This document shows positions 17,501-26,201 of a stretch of DNA of 30,099 nucleotides, piece by piece. Location of the stretch: positions 1 to 30,099 of IMG/VR virus record IMGVR_UViG_3300022178_001754. The stretch is one strand, 5' to 3'. The stretch's first letter is position 1; the number at the start of each line of letters is the position of its first letter. The notes under the pieces were generated by a model. That model was not told the DNA's origin. It did not search any database and saw only the letters and a program-made list of their open reading frames with translations. Both the position numbers and the translations under genes were made by a program. This DNA is from a virus (Duplodnaviria > Caudoviricetes).

Positions 17501-19873
17501 GCCGATATATCAGCCGTAAACAGCAAGTTCTCTACACCTGTAGGCAACTTCGTCACTGATATCAACACTAAGCCTTATGTTCAGGCTAGAGAAGTTAAGG
17601 TACTTGTGACAGGTCTTAGACCAAATACACGTCACTACTTCTACTTCCAACAAGCAGCTGTTGACACCCATGTGTATCCTGGTACAATTAACTCTACTAC
17701 TGAGTATAACGTCTCCGCAGTTCAGATTAGTGGAACCAAAGGTGGTGCAGTTCGTACAGATTCAGAAGGAACACTCAGTGCAGTCTTTAAGATTCCGGCT
17801 GATACGTTCTTTGTTGGTGAAAATGTATTAGAGATGGTTGACGTAAACGTCTATGCTAATATAGAGTCAACCAAGACTTCGTACTCAAAAGCAACTTACC
17901 GAGCGTTTAACTTCGATATCGGTAAGTCCGAATTGAACTATACGACTCGTACCGGCGATATCGATGTGTCTGATACTGTTGTGCAACGTCAGTTTACTCG
18001 GGCAGCTCCAACAGATCCTATCGCTCAAACGTTTAAAATACGAACAGCTCAGGCAGCTGGCGCAAGTACTGTGATGCTTAGTGAGATTGAAGTATACTTC
18101 AAAACTAAGAGCATTGCGACTGGCGTTACAATAGAGCTTCGTGAAGTTGTAAATGGGTACCCAGCAAAATCTATACTTCCTTTTGCTAGAAAACATCTAC
18201 GTTCAAGCCAAGTTAATGTATCAACTACTGCTGCAATAGCTACTACGTTTGAATTTAAGAACCCAGTTAAACTTAATGTAGAGAAAGAGTACTGCTTCGT
18301 TGTTATTCCTGATGCAAACTCTCCTGACTATTTGATCTGGACTTCAAAGGTTGGTGGCACTGATGTCGCAACTGGAGTATCAATCACTAACGATTGGGGT
18401 GACGGAATTCTGTTTACCTCAACTAACGATAGTGCTTGGAAGTCCTACCAAGATGAGGATATCAAGTTCTCGGTGAAGCGTTATGATTTCCAAACAACCG
18501 GTGGATATATAAACCTTGTTCCGAATGATGTTGAGTTTCTGACTGTACGTGGAACAACCAATAACTTCGTTAACGACGAACTGGCTTTTATCAAAAAGTC
18601 AACTTCATATACGGCTGCTATTACCGGTGACACGCTACAGACAATAACAATTGCTGGCACTACACTATTCGCACAAAACGATTACGTCTACATAGAATCT
18701 GGTGCAAATACGTTCTTGTCTAAGATATCTGTTGTTACTACGACTGTTGTCAGTGAAGTCACAACAACGACTTTAACCATAGAGACTCCTTATAACTCAA
18801 CGACAACTTCGTCCGCAACGGCGTACATATGTGTTGCTGGTAGAGTGTCGCACTTCGATAACAAGAAGCCTGATCGACTGTTCCTAAAAGCAAGTTCTGC
18901 AACAGCAACCAACTTTGTGGATGATAATGCGTCAACTACTATGGGATCTCTTATCATAGGCGACACATACACGATCACGAACTTAGGCGAAGTCACGACA
19001 ATTGCTAACTGGAATGATGCTGGCGCAACTGGTACTCCGTACGTTGGACAACAGTTTGTTGCAATTTCTGTAGGAGTGGCAAGTGACGGTACGGCAAGAG
19101 ACAATTCTCAAGTCATTACTGGTTACGATAGCGGCGCATCTGCGACGATAACTACTGTTGATAATGAGCCACTCTCATACTTCCAACCACAGATACTGGC
19201 CAATAATTCAATCAGAACATCAACAGATCTAACTCTGTATAATGGTGAAGATGTTGATAAGACTATTCCTGCGAACGGAAACGTCTATATGTTGAACAGT
19301 AATCGTATTATGAACAGTAAGAGTCGTATCGTAAATACAGGCGATGCATCTTCTGAAGACTTCATTATTCGGGTTACGATGTCAAACGGTGGATATAAGA
19401 CAGCTTCTCCTATACTTGATGCAGACTTATCAATTCTAAACGTATATCAGTACCAAATAACATCAAGTGTTGATACTTCATCTAGCTGGATCTCTAAGGA
19501 GATTGTCTTACAGGAGCAGTTGGATGCGAATGGTCTGAAGGTGTTCATGAGTGCATATCGACCTGCTGGAACGATCGTTGATGCTTATGTTAGATTCACG
19601 TACCCAACAAACGTCGAAGTTCAAAGTGATTGGATATTGATAGATAACCAAAATCCAGATCTATACTCAAACACTGCGAACACAAAGGATTATCGACAGT
19701 TCGAGTACATTCTCGATGAGGCAACATACACGTATGCATACAGCTCTTTCCAGATGAAGTTCGTGTTAAGACACGCAACTGACGTGGAACTATATGCAAA
19801 CGATTTGACTATAACACCATCGGTCAATTTGTTTCCACATATATATGACTACAGAGCGATTGCACTCACATGA
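14507..19873 (+). CDS. Large virion structural protein (VrlC / DUF4815-like)
   Basis: LNV.PYYDDF...K.F.RILFKP..AVQARELTQLQTILQ.Q.ERFG, APGADRL, LARRTYEESGNY, NRFKNGILVD.F and DPIAQTF motifs. Confidence 0.88.
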   Translation: MGINTDLNVDPYYDDFSEAKQFNRILFKPAKAVQARELTQLQTILQQQVERFGANIYKEGTIISGINLTARDDLFFVKLNDQAGFVNPAVYDQVTTVEGVITSYTITGQTSGLVAEVVKGQNGFQTQNPDLKTFYIKYLTSTQDGDNDVKQFQSGESLVVTDSLGAQVITVTAATVASHVGRSFGVSCEAGVVFQKGHFIFVEKQFIIVSKYSNIPGTVSVGFAVKENLITSNGDSTLLDNASGFNNENAPGADRLQLVPTLVSYSTATEPTEFFALIRYVDGSPVRIRDRTEFNSINSELARRTYEESGNYVTRGLNVTLEQTGLDAYAVVSPGKAYVFGNEIVNVSSKRLLIDPTTLTQTKTNQFTGVSYGQYYTYDHTTGQALDNFAIDGSRVSIYNGATVVGTCSIANVIPGKLFVYAIDRVAGQENATPTKISNTPLTNTGVLYGANGAGKIFDAGKSSLSSISAVSFVQRKRIAVASPSATLTISPTSNEQPLTSNIFAVDAVNNVIACTATVSAGIVTITLEASDPAFLYYDAIVTNTQQDALEEIDVYVKAVYADGKVTTGLPNVVQILEVVDDFGSVDAIDVTGKFRLVTNQKDHFYDISHLTVKTGETLENSNLLMKVKVLRRTSTIGSGYLTVDSYNNVTSKTLIKLYYGKNGVEYNLLNAYDFRQYVTPVVTYSTSSAGAPTATVVSKTIISGVSPSIDSSISSTQSYYMARIDSLVVDEFGVFSIYKGGEAEAPRRPSIAGLYAINHILVPGDQANNLTKISGNNSIQIQDVSNKTYTMDDIGKIERKIDRLTDLVALNVLEKEANDIFIPDASGINRFKNGILVDGFKGLQIGDVSDPAFKAGVDKSRTVATPAVTQYQVDMKIASSVGANVFQDVATLADVGTRVASIRQPYATTFRNCVSSFYSYQGRSNLHPPFDAGYNMITNPEVEFEVDFAESLLDLVDNIQEMMPLTREDVDTSESNGFVGIGSGQAQRDYITSHAQTADISAVNSKFSTPVGNFVTDINTKPYVQAREVKVLVTGLRPNTRHYFYFQQAAVDTHVYPGTINSTTEYNVSAVQISGTKGGAVRTDSEGTLSAVFKIPADTFFVGENVLEMVDVNVYANIESTKTSYSKATYRAFNFDIGKSELNYTTRTGDIDVSDTVVQRQFTRAAPTDPIAQTFKIRTAQAAGASTVMLSEIEVYFKTKSIATGVTIELREVVNGYPAKSILPFARKHLRSSQVNVSTTAAIATTFEFKNPVKLNVEKEYCFVVIPDANSPDYLIWTSKVGGTDVATGVSITNDWGDGILFTSTNDSAWKSYQDEDIKFSVKRYDFQTTGGYINLVPNDVEFLTVRGTTNNFVNDELAFIKKSTSYTAAITGDTLQTITIAGTTLFAQNDYVYIESGANTFLSKISVVTTTVVSEVTTTTLTIETPYNSTTTSSATAYICVAGRVSHFDNKKPDRLFLKASSATATNFVDDNASTTMGSLIIGDTYTITNLGEVTTIANWNDAGATGTPYVGQQFVAISVGVASDGTARDNSQVITGYDSGASATITTVDNEPLSYFQPQILANNSIRTSTDLTLYNGEDVDKTIPANGNVYMLNSNRIMNSKSRIVNTGDASSEDFIIRVTMSNGGYKTASPILDADLSILNVYQYQITSSVDTSSSWISKEIVLQEQLDANGLKVFMSAYRPAGTIVDAYVRFTYPTNVEVQSDWILIDNQNPDLYSNTANTKDYRQFEYILDEATYTYAYSSFQMKFVLRHATDVELYANDLTITPSVNLFPHIYDYRAIALT

Positions 19874-20052
19874 TACATTCAGATTACGTAAGAACTAATG
19901 CTGGCGTTGTAAACACCGATATGAATGCATATCGGAGCGCTAAAGCTAGGCGTGACCATGATAAATACATAAAGAACCTAGAGACTAGGATATGTAAATT
20001 AGAGTGTGCTATGGAAGCAATCCAAACCACAGTTAAAGAGATGATAAAATGA
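19870..20052 (+). CDS. Small hypothetical coiled-coil protein
   Basis: ATGA overlaps with both neighbours. VVNTD..AY...K.RR followed by a heptad-like C-terminus. Confidence 0.75.
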   Translation: MIHSDYVRTNAGVVNTDMNAYRSAKARRDHDKYIKNLETRICKLECAMEAIQTTVKEMIK

Positions 20053-23000
20053 GTACAAGTCTAACAGCTATTAACAACGTAAACACCTTCGGACAATGGA
20101 AGGATAGAACCAATCAGATCATTACTGCGTTAGGCAATACTGTTACGATTGGTGACTCCGAAACGAATGCCGGCAACATAATTTTAACTGGTGATATCAC
20201 ATCAGGCGGGACGCTGTTTGTCGACACGATTGATGCGACCTCGTCAAATTCTGCAAATATAATAACCGTAAATGCTGATGTAAAAGTTAACGGCGAGATG
20301 CAAGTTAATAACACAGTTGCATCTGAAGTAAAATATTACTTAAGTGACATCCTCACATGGACTGCTGGCACGAACGCAACTCATACTCAGTTTGATATTA
20401 AGAAAGGCAGTGTTGTGCTCAGAGTAGACGAGACTGCTGGTGCAATCACTGGCTCTGGTCTAATCATCGACGATAGTCTTTTACCTGACCTGATTACGAG
20501 TAACATCGATGGTAATGTGACCGGTCAACTCTTAGCGACCGACACCGAGCGATCGCATGGTGCATATGGGGCATATGCAACTACAAGGATTGGTCATGTT
20601 TGGTCAATGGGCACTGCATATAAGATACCAGATGATGGTTACACCTTTGGTAATTTGCATGGGATAGCGTACTATCACCCAGATAACCTCACGGCGCTGA
20701 CTTCTCCAACATATACCGCTGCTCAGCAGTTGATGGCATCGGGTAATCAAATTGTTTTCACGAATAATGGCGTCCCGGGCGTATCCATTGGATTGAATGG
20801 TGGTAATATATGGGCTAAGGGAAATATCTATGAAAATGAAACTCTATTAAGCACCACGTATCTAGGTAGAGCAGGCGGATCGATGTCTGGCGCTCTAACT
20901 ACGACTAAACGTATCACGCTTACTGGTACTGGCGCTGACGGAACGGTCACGGCGGCCAAATTCGCTGGCCCACTAACCGGTGCTGTTACCGGTAACGTAA
21001 CAGGTAATGTAACTGGCGATGTGACTGGTAATGCAGATACTGCCACTAAACTAGCGACTGGCCGAACAATCGATATTACCGGTGATATTACTGCTACAGC
21101 AGTCTTATTTGACGGCAGTTCCAATATTGCGATATCAGCTTCTGTTGATAACAATAGCCATACGCATACTTCCTCTAATATAACAGATGCGTCATCAACA
21201 AACGCCGCCTCTAAGATAGTTCAGCGAGATGGTTCTGGCAACTTTGCAGCTGGCACCATCACAGCTACTAGATTTACTGGTCCCGTAACTGGCGCTGTTA
21301 CTGGTAACGCAAGTACTGCTACTAAATTAGCTAATTCTAGAACAATAACACTTGCTGGCGACGCATCTGGATCTGTAAGTTTTGATGGTAGCGGTAATGT
21401 AACACTCACCGTTGCTGTGTCCGATGATAGTCACGCTCACACATACGGCAATCTAACTAGCATACCGTCATCATTTACGCCAAGTTCGCATACGCATGGT
21501 AATTTGACTAATGACGGAAAGATAGGCACCACTGCTAGTAAAGTTATTGTGACCAGTACAGGTGGGGCTATTGCAGCAAAGACTTCCGGTACTAGTGGTC
21601 AGTTTCTAAATGGACTTGGCGCATGGGCTACTCCGCCAGACAACGACACCATATACAGCCATGCCACTGATCACCCAACTACCGCTGGAAATAAACACGT
21701 TCCATCGGGTGGGTCTTCAGGAAAGATATTAACATGGTCAGCAGATGGTACTGCGACATGGGCCACTGAGTACTCATACACGCATCCAACTGGCGCTGGA
21801 TATAAGCATATTCCATCGGGTGGCGCTACAGGACAGATCCTTAAGTATAGCGCATCTGGTACTGCGACATGGGCCACTGAGTACTCATACACGCATCCTA
21901 GCGTCAACCACATTCCAGAGCTTGGGTCTACAGGACAGATATTAAGATGGGATTCCTCAGGAAAGGCAAAATGGGGCGAGGATGTTGATACCAACACAGA
22001 TACAGTATACACGCATCCAATCACCGCTGGAAATAAACACGTTCCATCGGGTGGGTCTACAGGAAATTTCCTTAAGTATGGTACAACATCTGGCGAGGCC
22101 GTTTGGTCAAGTCTTCCTAGCGCAAGTACCGCAGTAACTGGTATCGTTAAACTATCATCCAGTGTCACTGGCACTTCAACATCGCTCGCAGCAACAGAGA
22201 GTGCTGTCAAAGCCGCCAATGATAATGCTAACGGTAGACTAGGATCATCAGCTACTGCGGTGTCTGCTACTAAACTAGCGACTAGTCGAACAATCGATAT
22301 TACTGGTGATATTACTGCTACAGCAGTCTCGTTCAATGGCACTGCTAATATTTCGATATCAGCTTCTGTTAATAACGATAGCCACTCTCACACATACTCC
22401 AATCTAACTAGCATACCGACTACCTTTAGACCACACCTCAATGGATATGTCTTTATAGATAACAACCTGGTAGTGGGTGGTGGTGATAGTAGTCAGTACC
22501 CTACCGCCTACACCAGCTCGGACAACAACGTTGTTATAAGCACCAACAGTAAAGTAGCGAGCGGCAGTGGCGATGATAACATTGCTATTGGTGTGAGTGC
22601 GTTGTATGCCTTGGGCTCAGGCCGTGGCAACGTTGCGGTCGGTCGTAGCGCAATACAGAGTGCAACAAACAATTGTGAATATAACACGGGTATAGGATAT
22701 GAAGCGCTGTTCGGTGTCACGACCGGTGAGAATAATATCGGTCTCGGAATGTCCGCCGGTCGGAACATAACAACCGGTGACGGAAATATCGTAATTGGTG
22801 GATCTAGAGACTATGGCTACTACAGCCCGGTCTACACCATCACAACGCAGAGCAACCTGATAGCAATGGGATCAACCTCAGTCACTAACGCTTACATAAA
22901 GGTTGGCTGGACGGTGACATCGGATGCACGAGACAAAACTGAAATTAAAGAAGTGCCTCATGGGCTAGATTTCGTTAAACAACTATCTCCAGTGTCTTAC

Positions 23001-23228
23001 AAGTTTAGGGAAAGTCGTGAAGATGCGACTCCTACCGGTGATGAGCATTATGGATTTTTAGCGCAAGACATTCTGGCAATAGAGGGCGAAAACTCTGTGG
23101 TGGTTGACAGTAAGGACTCAGAGCACCTGTTCTATAAAGACCACAATATGACCGCTGTATTAGTTAATGCAATTAAGGAATTGACGTTGAAGGTCGAAGA
23201 GCTGGAAGCTAAGTGTGCTGGCCTATAA
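20049..23228 (+). CDS. Long tail fibre with a C-terminal intramolecular chaperone (peptidase S74-type)
   Basis: N-terminal TFGQWKDRTN anchor, G.VTG repeats, HxH motifs, a phage fibre repeat (ASTAVTGIVKLSSS...LAATESAVKAA), N.AIG..AL YadA-like repeats, and the SDARDK autocleavage motif followed by a coiled coil. Confidence 0.9.
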   Translation: MSTSLTAINNVNTFGQWKDRTNQIITALGNTVTIGDSETNAGNIILTGDITSGGTLFVDTIDATSSNSANIITVNADVKVNGEMQVNNTVASEVKYYLSDILTWTAGTNATHTQFDIKKGSVVLRVDETAGAITGSGLIIDDSLLPDLITSNIDGNVTGQLLATDTERSHGAYGAYATTRIGHVWSMGTAYKIPDDGYTFGNLHGIAYYHPDNLTALTSPTYTAAQQLMASGNQIVFTNNGVPGVSIGLNGGNIWAKGNIYENETLLSTTYLGRAGGSMSGALTTTKRITLTGTGADGTVTAAKFAGPLTGAVTGNVTGNVTGDVTGNADTATKLATGRTIDITGDITATAVLFDGSSNIAISASVDNNSHTHTSSNITDASSTNAASKIVQRDGSGNFAAGTITATRFTGPVTGAVTGNASTATKLANSRTITLAGDASGSVSFDGSGNVTLTVAVSDDSHAHTYGNLTSIPSSFTPSSHTHGNLTNDGKIGTTASKVIVTSTGGAIAAKTSGTSGQFLNGLGAWATPPDNDTIYSHATDHPTTAGNKHVPSGGSSGKILTWSADGTATWATEYSYTHPTGAGYKHIPSGGATGQILKYSASGTATWATEYSYTHPSVNHIPELGSTGQILRWDSSGKAKWGEDVDTNTDTVYTHPITAGNKHVPSGGSTGNFLKYGTTSGEAVWSSLPSASTAVTGIVKLSSSVTGTSTSLAATESAVKAANDNANGRLGSSATAVSATKLATSRTIDITGDITATAVSFNGTANISISASVNNDSHSHTYSNLTSIPTTFRPHLNGYVFIDNNLVVGGGDSSQYPTAYTSSDNNVVISTNSKVASGSGDDNIAIGVSALYALGSGRGNVAVGRSAIQSATNNCEYNTGIGYEALFGVTTGENNIGLGMSAGRNITTGDGNIVIGGSRDYGYYSPVYTITTQSNLIAMGSTSVTNAYIKVGWTVTSDARDKTEIKEVPHGLDFVKQLSPVSYKFRESREDATPTGDEHYGFLAQDILAIEGENSVVVDSKDSEHLFYKDHNMTAVLVNAIKELTLKVEELEAKCAGL
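21041..22417 (+). repeat. Dispersed direct repeats within the tail fibre gene
   Basis: 21041-21160 vs 22265-22384 match at 105/120 nt by hand count. A diverged copy lies at about 21317-21436. A perfect 42-bp repeat occurs at 21746-21787 and 21857-21898. Confidence 0.92.
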
Positions 23229-23234
23229 TACAAC

Positions 23235-23293
23235 ATCTCGATACTAAGATAAGCTATAACGGGAGTTAGTAACTCCCAATCTTAGTATCAGAT
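23235..23293. other. Bulged inverted repeat / hairpin after the tail fibre gene
   Basis: GATACTAAGAT (23240-23250) pairs with ATCTTAGTATC (23279-23289). Inner stem GGGAGTT/AACTCCC (23261-23277). No U-tract follows. Confidence 0.8.
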
Positions 23294-23416
23294 CCACAGA
23301 CTCAACTGATTATAGAAAATCTATACTCCCAACTCGGCATATATTCGCAAGTTTATCAACATGTAGTATACGTTTTATGTGATGAATCTATCTGGTGTAA
23401 AGTTAGTCGATATCAT

Positions 23417-23428
23417 TATTTATAAATA
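23417..23428. promoter_or_regulatory. Palindromic TATTTATAAATA: late promoter consensus on both strands
   Basis: TATAAATA on plus at 23421-23428 and on minus at 23417-23424. 26 nt upstream of ORF 23455. Confidence 0.8.
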
Positions 23429-23454
23429 CATGTAGCATAGATTAGGGAAAAATC

Positions 23455-23787
23455 ATGGCAATTAAAGCAAATATCATAATCGACCAAGGCACAGACTACT
23501 CTGCTATCATTGACGTAGAAACTGCGTCTAATACTGTATACGATTTACGTGACCATACAGTGGCGGCTCAGATGAGAAAAAACTATTCATCCGCCAACGC
23601 TACCACGTTTATCTGTACGCATAATGGTGTGCTTGGCCAGATATCGATGTCGCTCGGTAAAGATGAGACCACTCTTTTGGAGCCTGGTAGATATCTGTAT
23701 GACATAGAAATAACAACATCAGGAGGATCAGTATCACGTGTTGTACAAGGCACCGTAACTGTATCACCTGGAATGACGAGGATATAG
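23455..23787 (+). CDS. Small conserved virion structural protein (BppU N-terminal-like adaptor)
   Basis: N..IDQG.D, AAQMRK.Y.S, L.PGRYLYD.EI and RVVQG..TV.PG.TR motifs, typical of T4-like structural regions. Confidence 0.75.
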   Translation: MAIKANIIIDQGTDYSAIIDVETASNTVYDLRDHTVAAQMRKNYSSANATTFICTHNGVLGQISMSLGKDETTLLEPGRYLYDIEITTSGGSVSRVVQGTVTVSPGMTRI

Positions 23788-23791
23788 CGTC

Positions 23792-24019
23792 ATGGCAGTC
23801 AATCAAAACATAAAAGCTAAGCTGACTCCTAATCAGAATCTAATGGTGACGAACTATCAAATTAATGCTGCCACTATTAAATTGGGTGATCTATTCGATC
23901 TAGATACTAATAATCAAGCGGATGGCTCTGTAATACTATATAACGGCACAACTTCTAAGTGGGTAGCTACAAATCAAATGGATAACGTAAATACAATTAT
24001 AAATGGGGGCAACTTTTAA
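23792..24019 (+). CDS. Small structural/fibre-associated protein
   Basis: L.DL.D.D.....DGSV..YN.TTSKWVA motif. Ends INGGNF. TAATG coupling to the next gene. Confidence 0.75.
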   Translation: MAVNQNIKAKLTPNQNLMVTNYQINAATIKLGDLFDLDTNNQADGSVILYNGTTSKWVATNQMDNVNTIINGGNF

Positions 24020-26103
24020 TGTCTATAATTAAGATAAAAAGATCCAGTGGTGTCATAGCACCCACAGCGCTTGCGCTGGGAGAATTAGGTTATACCTATG
24101 GTGCTGGTATTCAAGCCAACGGCGGCGATCGACTGTACTTAGGTACAAGCGGCGAGTCTGGTGGAATAGCAAACGCAATTGATGTCATCGGCGGTAAGTA
24201 CTTTACTGACATGACAGACCACGTACATGGTACGTTGACAGCAAGTTCTGCTCTAATTGTTGATGCTAACAGCAAGATTGATATCCTTAACATTGATAAC
24301 ATAACTATCAACGGTAACACGATATCCTCAACAGACACCAATGGAAATATCGTTCTTACTCCAAATGGCTCTGGACTTGTTCAGCTAAATGGCGTCGTAG
24401 AGTTTGCATCTTCCACATCATTCACTGGCGTACTTAACGCTAATGGTGGTATTGCTGTAGATTCAACCAACTTCACCGTTGATGGAACTACTGGTGCAGT
24501 ACACACGGCGAGCACTTTAGAAGTTGCTGGTCAGTCTACTTTGGCATCTGTCGCAGTAACCGACTTGACGAACAATCGAATCGTCATTGCTGGCACAGCT
24601 GGTGAACTAGAAGACGACTCGAACTTCACATTCGATGGCACAACACTGACCGTAGTAGCTGATTATTCTCAGACTGGTACTGGAACAGTTACTGGCCAAT
24701 GGAATGTTGATAACATGCGGCTCGATGGCAATACACTGTCATCAACTGATACCAATGGTAATATCGTACTGACCCCGAACGGTACTGGATATGTTACAAT
24801 ATCTGGCACAAACGGTCTCGTTATTCCATCAGGCACCAATCTTCAGCAAGGTCCTACTGTAACTGGCGCAATTCGCTATAACAGTGACAACACTCAGTTC
24901 GAAGGTTACTCTGGTGCTAACTGGTCATCTCTTGGTGGTGTTCGCTCTGTCGATGGTTTCACATACATCATTGCAGAATCTTCACCTGCTGCTTCTGACG
25001 ATATTCTGCACTTCTACGCTGCCGATGCTGCTGGTACTGGTACAGTCGAAGTCAGTCAACTAGATCGAGTAAGTCTTCGATTATTGCAGACAACTGGCGC
25101 AGTAAGCAATACAACTGGCGCACTTGTAGTCGCTGGTGGCGCAGGCATTGCCGAGAATCTATATGTCGGTGGCGACACGGTTCTTACTGGTGATCTAGAA
25201 GTAGTTGGTGGTGATATCACTACTGATCAGACTACTTTCAATCTCCTCAATACCACTGCTACTACTGTTAATGCATTCGGTGCAGCAACTACTGTCGCAA
25301 TCGGTACTGGTGGCGAAGGTGGTGGCACAACAACGATCGGTCATGACTTAACAGTCGTTGGCGATTTGGACGTTGGTGCTGGTAACTTTACCGTAGATGC
25401 TACAACTGGCGACTTCGAAACAGCTGGTGATGCAATCATTGGTGGTAACTTAACTGTTAATGGTACTACAACCTCTGTTAATGTTGATGTGCTTGAAGTT
25501 GAAGACGCACTCATCAGACTTGCTTCTGGTAACACAGCTGATTCAATCGATATCGGTTTTGTTGGTAGCTATAACGATGGAGTTAACGACCAATTCGCTG
25601 GTATCTTCCGAGATTCTACCACCAGTGAGTTCTACGTATTCGATGAACTGATCGACACAGACTTAAACGATAACGTAGTCAACCGAGCTGATGCATCGTT
25701 CAGTCTTGCCAACGTTAACGTAGACACTGTTAAGTTTGCTTCGCAAACATTCACCCTAACGGGCGATGTTGCTGGTCAGATTACAGTAAGTGACTTCGGT
25801 ACAACTGCACACTCGATTGCTACCACTATCCAAGCTAACTCTGTTGCTCTTGGCACAGACACTACCGGTGCATATGTCTCTACACTTGCCGAAGGTACAG
25901 CTGGACAGACAGACGCTAATGGCACCACATCTAACGGTGTTGTTGTTACTGGTTCTGGAAGTGAGACTGCTGCTGTTACGGTTGATATCAACATTGCTGA
26001 TACAGTTGGCGGGATTGGTACTTCTACGTACGATGCAACTAACTTTGATGTTACTGCTGGTGGCCTTGTAACTATTGATACGATCGATGGTGGAACGTTC
26101 TAA
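24019..26103 (+). CDS. Tail fibre-like structural protein with an Mtd-N-like N-terminus
   Basis: IKIKRS...P..LA.GELGY N-terminus, two DN...GNT.SSTDTNGNIVLTPNG.G.V repeats, G.IRYN....FEGY and GNLTVNGTTT motifs. Ends IDGGTF. Confidence 0.8.
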   Translation: MSIIKIKRSSGVIAPTALALGELGYTYGAGIQANGGDRLYLGTSGESGGIANAIDVIGGKYFTDMTDHVHGTLTASSALIVDANSKIDILNIDNITINGNTISSTDTNGNIVLTPNGSGLVQLNGVVEFASSTSFTGVLNANGGIAVDSTNFTVDGTTGAVHTASTLEVAGQSTLASVAVTDLTNNRIVIAGTAGELEDDSNFTFDGTTLTVVADYSQTGTGTVTGQWNVDNMRLDGNTLSSTDTNGNIVLTPNGTGYVTISGTNGLVIPSGTNLQQGPTVTGAIRYNSDNTQFEGYSGANWSSLGGVRSVDGFTYIIAESSPAASDDILHFYAADAAGTGTVEVSQLDRVSLRLLQTTGAVSNTTGALVVAGGAGIAENLYVGGDTVLTGDLEVVGGDITTDQTTFNLLNTTATTVNAFGAATTVAIGTGGEGGGTTTIGHDLTVVGDLDVGAGNFTVDATTGDFETAGDAIIGGNLTVNGTTTSVNVDVLEVEDALIRLASGNTADSIDIGFVGSYNDGVNDQFAGIFRDSTTSEFYVFDELIDTDLNDNVVNRADASFSLANVNVDTVKFASQTFTLTGDVAGQITVSDFGTTAHSIATTIQANSVALGTDTTGAYVSTLAEGTAGQTDANGTTSNGVVVTGSGSETAAVTVDINIADTVGGIGTSTYDATNFDVTAGGLVTIDTIDGGTF

Positions 26104-26115
26104 ATAGATAGTACA

Positions 26116-26160
26116 GAGACGGGGATGCTTTGGTACATACCATTCAAGCATCTCTGTCTT
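26116..26160 (+). other. RNA hairpin with G-U pairs between two fibre genes
   Basis: AGACGGGGATGCTT (26117-26130) pairs with AAGCATCTCTGTCT (26146-26159), including two G-U pairs. Inner stem TGGT/ACCA with a 3-nt bulge. Confidence 0.75.
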
Positions 26161-26201
26161 AATTAGAAGCTATATAGCTATTATATCAGGTGTGAGCATA
26201 C

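Noticed and set aside
19960-19967. GATAAATA as a late promoter for the tail fibre
   Set aside because: Imperfect consensus inside a coding region, and the genes are translationally coupled. It cannot be distinguished from chance.
21746-21898. 42-bp identical repeats as a CRISPR-like array
   Set aside because: Only two copies, in frame within a protein repeat, with homologous intervening sequence and no cas genes.
21671-22342. 223-aa minus-strand ORF and other short nested ORFs in the track
   Set aside because: They mirror the repeats of the tail fibre or overlap strongly supported genes, with no independent evidence.
21041-22384. 120-bp repeat pair as a DGR template/variable region
   Set aside because: The 15 mismatches are not adenine-specific (many are C/T), both copies are mid-gene and coding, and no reverse transcriptase is present in the window.
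23235-23330. Hairpin as a hammerhead ribozyme, tRNA or canonical intrinsic terminator
   Set aside because: No CUGANGA/GAAA core, no cloverleaf with a T-loop, and no clear U-tract on either strand.
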